This document shows, piece by piece, positions 57,284-64,000 of a stretch of DNA of 64,000 nucleotides. Under the pieces are notes generated by a model, which did not search any database, was not told where the DNA came from, and worked only from the letters and a program-made list of their open reading frames with translations. Location of the stretch: IMG/VR virus record IMGVR_UViG_3300042367_000228, positions 1 through 64,000 of that record. One strand, given 5' to 3'. The translations under genes and the position numbers were made by a program. Positions within the stretch are counted from its first letter, which is position 1. The number at the start of each line of letters is the position of its first letter.

Positions 57284-60216
57284 AATAGTGAAGCCAAAGT
57301 TGTATTATCCATTGCATAAACGCTAACGTATGTATTTAGCGTTCCGACTTGTACAGGGCTACTTGTATTAGTATAATTTTCCTGACCTAATTGACCAGAA
57401 CTATTTAAACCCCACGCCCAAAGAGTTCCATCCGTTTTTATGGCAACAGAATGATAGTTACTTGCTGCAATTTTGCTCCAATTAGATAAATTACCAATTT
57501 GCGTTATACTTGAACGATGAGTTACATCTCCTAACCCTAATTGACCATAACTATTATTACCTATAGACCAAAGAGTTCCATTAGTTTTTAAAAATAATCC
57601 ATGTGTTAATCCAGCAACAACTTTAGACCAACCAGTATCTAACGATATTTGAATAGGAGAGTAAACATTACTAGAAAGTCTACCTAATTGTCCATAAGCA
57701 TTATTACCCCAAGTCCATAATGTTCTGTCTGTCTGAATAGATCCTGTATAATAAGCTCCAGCAAAAATTTGATTCCAGTTACTTAACGATCCAACTTGTA
57801 CTGGGCTTGATCTATTGGTTACATCGTCTCCTAATTGACCTTGAACATTATAACCCCAAGTCCATAATGTTCCGTCTGTTTTTATCGCTGTTGTATGACG
57901 ATATCCGCAAGCAATTTTACTCCAGTTACTTAAAGCTCCGACTTGTACTGGACTACTTCTATTTGTTGTATTAGATAATCCTAGTTGACCCCAATTATTT
58001 AAACCCCAAGTCCATAATGTTCCGTCTGTCTTGATCGATGCTATATGCGCAAGTCCAGCGGCAACTTGACTCCAATTAGATAAACTACCAACCTGAACTG
58101 GACTTGATCTATCGACAAATGAATCTGATATTCCTAAATAACCATTAACGTTACTACCCCAAGCCCATAATGTTCCATCTGTCTTGATCGATACTGTAAG
58201 ATATCCTCCAGACGAAATTTGACTCCAATTCGATAAAGTTCCAACTTGCGTTGGGCTTGATCTATTCGTTATATTCGATAACAGTCCTAATTGGCCTTGA
58301 CCATTATAACCCCAAGTCCATAATGTATTATCTGTTTTAATTGCTGCTGTATGATAATATCCACAAGCAACTTGACTCCAGTTAGATAACAACCCAACTT
58401 GTACTGGGCTAGATCTATGGGGTACATCAGATAATCCTAATTGACCATAACTATTATTTCCCCAAGCCCATAATGTATTATCTGTTTTAATAGATGCTGT
58501 ATGATAATATCCACAAGCAACTTGACTCCAGTTAGATAGAGTTCCAACTTGTACTGGGCTTGATCTATTGGATGTATCGAATGATCCTAATTGACCAAAA
58601 CTATTACCACCCCAAGTCCATAATGTTCCATTTGTTTTTACTGCTGCTGTATGATGATATCCACAAGAAAACTTAGTATTAGTTGTAACATCATATAAAC
58701 CTGGATACGAAGGTAATACAACTTTTTGAACAACAGGATTAATACCAACTTGACCAAAACTAGTTAACCCCCAACTCCAAAGCGTAGTATCTGGTTTAAT
58801 ATAATAGCCAAATCTATCACCGAACGATGCTTCTATTGCAGAGTCTATTACAACTGGCAAAGCAATAACAGTTCCGTTTGATGACGAATTAACGTAAGTT
58901 GGATATAGCGACAAGTAATCCAAATAAGATTTTGTAGTTAGCAAATAATCTGCATTATTGCCGAATGCATACAAATTACCATCAGAATTGATAGCAGCAC
59001 CCCAAGCAGTATTTTGAGTTCCTGTTGGAAATTTATTCCAACTAGAAGATGATACTTGATTAATATTAGAACGATATGAAATATCAGAATACCCTAATTG
59101 ACCTTGATTATTTAAACCCCAAGCCCATATTGCTCCGTTTGAATTAATCGCTACTGTATGAGACGCTCCACCAGAAATTTTACTCCAGTTACTTAAAGTT
59201 CCAACTTGTACTGGGCTTAATCTAGCAGCAGTATCTGATAATCCTAATTGACCATAATTATTTTGACCCCAAGACCATAATGTTCCATCTGTTTTAATTG
59301 CTAATGTATTATACCGCGCGACAAAAACGTTACCCCAATTTGATAGCGCACCAACTTGTACTGGGCTACTTCTATCAGGTATATTGTTTAATCCTAATTG
59401 ACCATAATTATTTTTACCCCAAGACCATAATGTTCCATCTGTTTTAATTGCTAATGTATCGCCATATCCACAAGAAACTTTACTCCAATTTGATAGCGCA
59501 CCAACTTGTACTGGGCTATATCTATCTGTTGTATTAGATAATCCTAATTGACCATTACCATTCCAACCCCAAGACCATAATGTTCCGTCTGTCTTGATTG
59601 CCGTTACATGGGCGTAAAAGCCAGAAATTTGACTCCAATTGGATAGAGAGCCAACTTGTACTGGACTATATCTATTCGTTATATCAGAGAACCCTAATTG
59701 ACCATAAACATCATTACGACCCCAAGTCCATAATGTTCCATCTGTCTTGATCGCTGCGTTATATTCATACCCGCTAATAATTTGGCTCCAGTTGGATAAA
59801 GTTCCAACTTGTACTGGGCTATATCTATCAGTTGTATCAGATAATCCTAATTGACCATAAAAATTATAACCCCAAGTCCATAATGTTCCATCTGTTTTAA
59901 TCGCTGCTGTATGATCATATCCGCTACAAACTTTACTCCAGTTACTTAAAGTTCCAACTTGTACTGGGCTTGATCTATTGACTTGATCGGATAATCCTAA
60001 TTGACGAAAACTATTTAAACCCCAAGTCCATAATGTTCCATCTGTTTTAATCGCCGCTGAATGATTTTCTGCGCAAGAAACTTGACTCCAATTTGTAACG
60101 CTTAAAGGGGTCGGAACTGAAGGCAAAAACCGATAATTTCTACCAACTTCCCAAAGAGTGCTATCGTTTTTTATTATATAATTTGAATTATTTTTTATAC
60201 CGTAATATTGAGTCAT
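57280..60216 (-). CDS. RCC1/BLIP-II repeat protein (~19 blades)
   Basis: Same repeat, counted by eye. Confidence 0.93.
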   Translation of the reverse strand: MTQYYGIKNNSNYIIKNDSTLWEVGRNYRFLPSVPTPLSVTNWSQVSCAENHSAAIKTDGTLWTWGLNSFRQLGLSDQVNRSSPVQVGTLSNWSKVCSGYDHTAAIKTDGTLWTWGYNFYGQLGLSDTTDRYSPVQVGTLSNWSQIISGYEYNAAIKTDGTLWTWGRNDVYGQLGFSDITNRYSPVQVGSLSNWSQISGFYAHVTAIKTDGTLWSWGWNGNGQLGLSNTTDRYSPVQVGALSNWSKVSCGYGDTLAIKTDGTLWSWGKNNYGQLGLNNIPDRSSPVQVGALSNWGNVFVARYNTLAIKTDGTLWSWGQNNYGQLGLSDTAARLSPVQVGTLSNWSKISGGASHTVAINSNGAIWAWGLNNQGQLGYSDISYRSNINQVSSSSWNKFPTGTQNTAWGAAINSDGNLYAFGNNADYLLTTKSYLDYLSLYPTYVNSSSNGTVIALPVVIDSAIEASFGDRFGYYIKPDTTLWSWGLTSFGQVGINPVVQKVVLPSYPGLYDVTTNTKFSCGYHHTAAVKTNGTLWTWGGNSFGQLGSFDTSNRSSPVQVGTLSNWSQVACGYYHTASIKTDNTLWAWGNNSYGQLGLSDVPHRSSPVQVGLLSNWSQVACGYYHTAAIKTDNTLWTWGYNGQGQLGLLSNITNRSSPTQVGTLSNWSQISSGGYLTVSIKTDGTLWAWGSNVNGYLGISDSFVDRSSPVQVGSLSNWSQVAAGLAHIASIKTDGTLWTWGLNNWGQLGLSNTTNRSSPVQVGALSNWSKIACGYRHTTAIKTDGTLWTWGYNVQGQLGDDVTNRSSPVQVGSLSNWNQIFAGAYYTGSIQTDRTLWTWGNNAYGQLGRLSSNVYSPIQISLDTGWSKVVAGLTHGLFLKTNGTLWSIGNNSYGQLGLGDVTHRSSITQIGNLSNWSKIAASNYHSVAIKTDGTLWAWGLNSSGQLGQENYTNTSSPVQVGTLNTYVSVYAMDNTTLASLL

Positions 60217-61665
60217 TTATACTCCATAAACTGCTTTTGTAGGAAAAGGTACTGTATCAAACAATCCTAATTGACCTAGATTATTATAACCACAAGTCCA
60301 TAATGTTCCGTCTGTTTTGATCGATGCTGTATGAATATTTCCGCAAACAACTTGACTCCAGTTACTTAAAGTCCCAACTTGCGTCGGGCTAAGTCTCTGC
60401 GTTAAATCAGATAACCCTAGTTGACAGTTACTATTGGCACCCCAAGTCCATAATGTCCCGTCTGTTTTGATCGCTGCTGTATGATACTGACCGCAAGAAA
60501 CTTTACTCCAGTTAGATAAAGTTCCGACTTGTACTGGACTCAATCTATTAGCTGTATCAGATAATCCTAAGTTACCAAAAAAATTATAACCACAAGTCCA
60601 TAATGTTCCGTCTGTTTTTATTGCTGCTGTATGATGCCGTCCGCTAGCAACTTGACTCCAGTCGGATAGCGTACCGACTTGTACTGGGCTTGATCTATTA
60701 ACTGCGTTAGCTAACCCTAATTGACCGCTAGAATTCTGCCCCCAACTCCATAATGTTCCGTCTGTTTTAATCGCTGTTGTATAATATCTCCCACCAGAAA
60801 CTTGACTCCAGCTGGATAGCGTGCCAACTTGTACTGGACTCGATCTATTCGTTAAATCAGATAATCCTAATTGACCTTGATCATTTGCACCCCAGGACCA
60901 TAATGTTCCATTTGTTTTGATCGCTGCTACATAATGCTGACCGCAAGCAACTTGGTTCCAGTCGGATAGCGTACCAACTTGCGTTGGTCTTAATCTATTT
61001 GTTAAATCAGATAATCCTAATTGACCATAACCATTATAACCGCAAGTCCATAATGTTCCGTCTGTTCTAATTGCTGCTGTATGTTGAACTCCACCAGCAA
61101 CTCGGTTCCAGTTGGATAGCGTACCAACTTGTACTGGGCTTGATCTATTAACTGCGTCAGATAACCCTAATTGGCCAGAAACGTTATAACCCCAAGTCCA
61201 TAATGTTCCGTTTGTCTTAATCGATGCTGTATGAGACTCTGCTCGAGAGATTTTACTCCAGTTAGATAAAGTCCCAACTTGTATCATAATAGATTTAGAT
61301 GTAGTAATAGCTTGCGCCCACGCAGCAGTTTGTGGAGTATTTTCTAAAGCACCGAAGGCTCCCCGAATATACGTTTGTGAAGTATTAGCTCTATTGGAAA
61401 ATATTATTGCGCTTGGTAATACAGCAACTATATCAGCAAAATTATCTAAATCAAGTTTTGGAAGATTTAATACTGCATTACCAGCATTAAATGCATTACC
61501 TACATTTAACGCGTAATATCCAGAAGAACTAATATTATTTTGACCAAATACAACAGTTTTTCTACTAGAAATATTTAACGTTTCTATTGGAAAATAATTT
61601 ATATCATTTGCATTAATATAAGTATAATCTAAATCAACAGAATTTAGTTTATAATTAGAACTCAT
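60217..61665 (-). CDS. RCC1/BLIP-II repeat protein (~7 blades) with unique N-terminus
   Basis: Same repeat; starts MSSNYKLNSVDLD. Confidence 0.93.
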   Translation of the reverse strand: MSSNYKLNSVDLDYTYINANDINYFPIETLNISSRKTVVFGQNNISSSGYYALNVGNAFNAGNAVLNLPKLDLDNFADIVAVLPSAIIFSNRANTSQTYIRGAFGALENTPQTAAWAQAITTSKSIMIQVGTLSNWSKISRAESHTASIKTNGTLWTWGYNVSGQLGLSDAVNRSSPVQVGTLSNWNRVAGGVQHTAAIRTDGTLWTCGYNGYGQLGLSDLTNRLRPTQVGTLSDWNQVACGQHYVAAIKTNGTLWSWGANDQGQLGLSDLTNRSSPVQVGTLSSWSQVSGGRYYTTAIKTDGTLWSWGQNSSGQLGLANAVNRSSPVQVGTLSDWSQVASGRHHTAAIKTDGTLWTCGYNFFGNLGLSDTANRLSPVQVGTLSNWSKVSCGQYHTAAIKTDGTLWTWGANSNCQLGLSDLTQRLSPTQVGTLSNWSQVVCGNIHTASIKTDGTLWTCGYNNLGQLGLFDTVPFPTKAVYGV

Positions 61666-63998
61666 TTAAATATCACTCCTGCTGAATAATTTTTAACTTC
61701 TACTTTAACAGCAGTATTTATCAATCCAATTCTAACTGGGCTACTTTTATTTGCTGTATCTCCTGTTCCTAATGCGCCATATTGATTATTACCTAATGCC
61801 CATATACTTCCATCTGTTTTTGTAAATAAAGTTGAATCTAAATTTGTAGAAACTGAATTCCAAGTATCTCCAGTAACTGATTTTTTTACTATGTTAGTAT
61901 AAATTGTATAATCACCTAAGTTGCCAGAAGTATTCATACCCCAAGTCCATAATGTCCCGTCTGTTTTGATCGATGCTGTATGATATTGGCCACCGGCAAC
62001 TTGACTCCAGTTAGATAGCGTGCCAACTTGTACTGGACTTGATCTATTTGTTTGATCAGATAATCCTAATGTACCGTATTGATTATTACCCCAAATCCAT
62101 AATGCGCCTGCCGAATTAATCGCTGCTGTATAATAATAGCCACCGGAAATCTGACTCCAGTTAGATAGCGTGCCAACTTGTACTGGGCTCAATCTATCGG
62201 TTGTATCAGATAATCCTAATTGACCACTATTGTTGGACCCCCAAACCCATAACGTTCCGTCTGTTTTAATCGCTGCTGTATGCCTCCACCCGCAAGCAAC
62301 TTTACTCCAGTTAGATAACGCGCCAACTTGTACTGGACTATATCTATGAGTTTGATTAGATAACCCTAGTTGGCCATTAGAATTTAAACCCCAAGACCAT
62401 AATGTTCCATCCGTTTTAATCGATGTCATATTATAATACCCGCAAGCAATTTTACTCCAGTTTGATAGCGCACCAACTTGTACTGGGCTCGATCTATCGG
62501 TTGTATCAGATAATCCTAAGCAACCATAACCGTTATACCCCCAAGACCATAATGTTCCATCTGTCTTGAGTGCTGCTTTGTATTGGCCTATCCCAGCAAC
62601 TTGACTCCAGTTAGATGCAGTACCAACTTGCGTTGGGCTTGATCTATGAGTTAAATCTCCTAATCCTAATGCACCATAAATACTGTTCCGACCCCAACTC
62701 CATAATGTTCCGTCTGTCTTAACAGATACTGTATGATCATATCCAGCAACAATTTGACTCCAGTTACTTAAAGCTCCAACTTGTACTGGGCTTGATCTAG
62801 TTGCAGTATCCCCTAATCCTAATTGTCCGGAACTATTTAAACCGCAGGACCACAACGTTCCATCTGCCTTGATTGCTGCTGTATGTTGATATCCACCACA
62901 AGCAACTTTACTCCAGTTAGATGCAGTTCCAACTTGTACTGGGCTATATTTATGGGCTTGTCCATCCGGAAAATAGCTCGTATTATATCTACCAGCTTCC
63001 CATATATCATTAGTTGTATTGACTATCCATATGTTAGTATCATCCATACTAGCAGTAGATATTGATATACTGCCTATTTGTACCGGACTACTTCTATGAG
63101 TTTGATCTGATAATCCTAGCTGACCATAATCGTTTTTACCAAATACATATCCACCGTAACTATTATCTACTAACATTGCTCCATAATCTGAACAATACAC
63201 TTTAGTCCAATCGCTACGAGTTCCAATTTGAACTAAACTTGAACGATAAGTTGTATCTGATATGCCTAATTGACCATAAGAATTATTACCTACAGACCAA
63301 GCTGTACCGTTAGTTTTAATTCCAACAAAATGATTTCTACCAACATCAAATGTATTCCAAGTAGATGTATAATCGCTCCAAGGTATATCTAACAATAAAC
63401 CTTCCGGATATATATTACTGTTAACATCTAAACAAAAAATATCATTATTACTTGCGGCAATTTGTTTGTATGCTCTAGAAGTTGCTTTAATAGGGAAAGT
63501 TGAAATTGGAATATAATTAATTCCTAATTGACCCCAACTATTATTACCCCAAGTCCATAATGTATTATCTGTCTTAAGTGCTGCTGTATGATAAATTCCG
63601 CAAGCAACTTTACTCCAGTTACTTAAAGTTCCAACTTGTACTGGACTTGATCTATGAGTTAAATCAGATAACCCTAATTGTCCGGCAGAATTTAAACCCC
63701 AAGTCCATAATGTACTATCTGTTTTAATTGCTGCTGTTTGATAATATCCGCAAGCAACTTGACTCCAGTTTGATAGCGCACCAACTTGTACTGGGCTCGA
63801 TCTATCGGTTGTATTAGATAATCCTAGTTGACCTCGATTATTAAAACCCCAAGTCCATAATGTCCCGTCTGTCTTAATTGCTGCTGTATGATAGGGTCCG
63901 GCAGCAACTTTACTCCAGTTACTTAAAGCTCCAACTTGTACTGGGCTATATCTATCTGTTATATTAGATAATCCTAATTGACCACTATTGTTGGACCC
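61662..63998 (-). CDS. RCC1/BLIP-II repeat protein, 5'-truncated by the window edge (at least 15 blades)
   Basis: The frame of the 61662-63395 ORF stays open, with further repeats, up to 63998; the TTG at 63395 is internal. Confidence 0.9.
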   Translation of the reverse strand, partial: GSNNSGQLGLSNITDRYSPVQVGALSNWSKVAAGPYHTAAIKTDGTLWTWGFNNRGQLGLSNTTDRSSPVQVGALSNWSQVACGYYQTAAIKTDSTLWTWGLNSAGQLGLSDLTHRSSPVQVGTLSNWSKVACGIYHTAALKTDNTLWTWGNNSWGQLGINYIPISTFPIKATSRAYKQIAASNNDIFCLDVNSNIYPEGLLLDIPWSDYTSTWNTFDVGRNHFVGIKTNGTAWSVGNNSYGQLGISDTTYRSSLVQIGTRSDWTKVYCSDYGAMLVDNSYGGYVFGKNDYGQLGLSDQTHRSSPVQIGSISISTASMDDTNIWIVNTTNDIWEAGRYNTSYFPDGQAHKYSPVQVGTASNWSKVACGGYQHTAAIKADGTLWSCGLNSSGQLGLGDTATRSSPVQVGALSNWSQIVAGYDHTVSVKTDGTLWSWGRNSIYGALGLGDLTHRSSPTQVGTASNWSQVAGIGQYKAALKTDGTLWSWGYNGYGCLGLSDTTDRSSPVQVGALSNWSKIACGYYNMTSIKTDGTLWSWGLNSNGQLGLSNQTHRYSPVQVGALSNWSKVACGWRHTAAIKTDGTLWVWGSNNSGQLGLSDTTDRLSPVQVGTLSNWSQISGGYYYTAAINSAGALWIWGNNQYGTLGLSDQTNRSSPVQVGTLSNWSQVAGGQYHTASIKTDGTLWTWGMNTSGNLGDYTIYTNIVKKSVTGDTWNSVSTNLDSTLFTKTDGSIWALGNNQYGALGTGDTANKSSPVRIGLINTAVKVEVKNYSAGVIFK

Positions 63999-64000
63999 CC

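Noticed and set aside
56153-64000. Diversity-generating retroelement acting on the RCC1 repeats
   Set aside because: No reverse transcriptase or non-coding template repeat in the window; differences between blades are not confined to adenines
1-64000. Stop-codon reassignment, as in some large phages
   Set aside because: Conserved genes are full length in the standard code, and TAA, TGA and TAG all end genes
48183-64000. Eukaryotic giant-virus origin suggested by RCC1 repeats and glycosyltransferases
   Set aside because: Contiguous with T4-like sheath, tube, neck and terminase genes, SD sequences and bacterial promoters

Overview
AT-rich 64-kb segment of a large T4-like (contractile-tailed) bacteriophage read in the standard genetic code, almost all on the minus strand. 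Left to right: (1) a non-coding, repeat- and hairpin-rich block (1-530), a candidate origin or genome end; (2) a replication/recombination module: gp41-like helicase, gp61-like primase, a 188-aa internally miniaturised DnaE (C-family polymerase) core, gp62-like subunit, UvsW with a LAGLIDADG intein, UvsY, UvsX preceded by a GIY-YIG endonuclease that carries a duplicate of the uvsX 5' end, gp32 SSB; (3) putative head-internal proteins and the packaging/tail module, where the large terminase is fractured into two ORFs by a free-standing GIY-YIG gene and apparently re-joined by an atypically split intein (31-aa N half, ~116-aa C half), plus TerS, gp4, tube/sheath, dNMP kinase, gp13/14/15 and a Nudix hydrolase; (4) tail-fibre/lectin adhesins; (5) a glycosyltransferase-methyltransferase-sulfotransferase-APS kinase cluster; (6) a tandem array of RCC1/BLIP-II beta-propeller repeat genes running off the right edge. 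Consensus sigma70 promoters and many T4-type (T)ATAAATA late promoters are visible. No tRNA, rRNA, CRISPR array or reverse transcriptase was seen. All family calls are from motif recognition by eye, not database searches.
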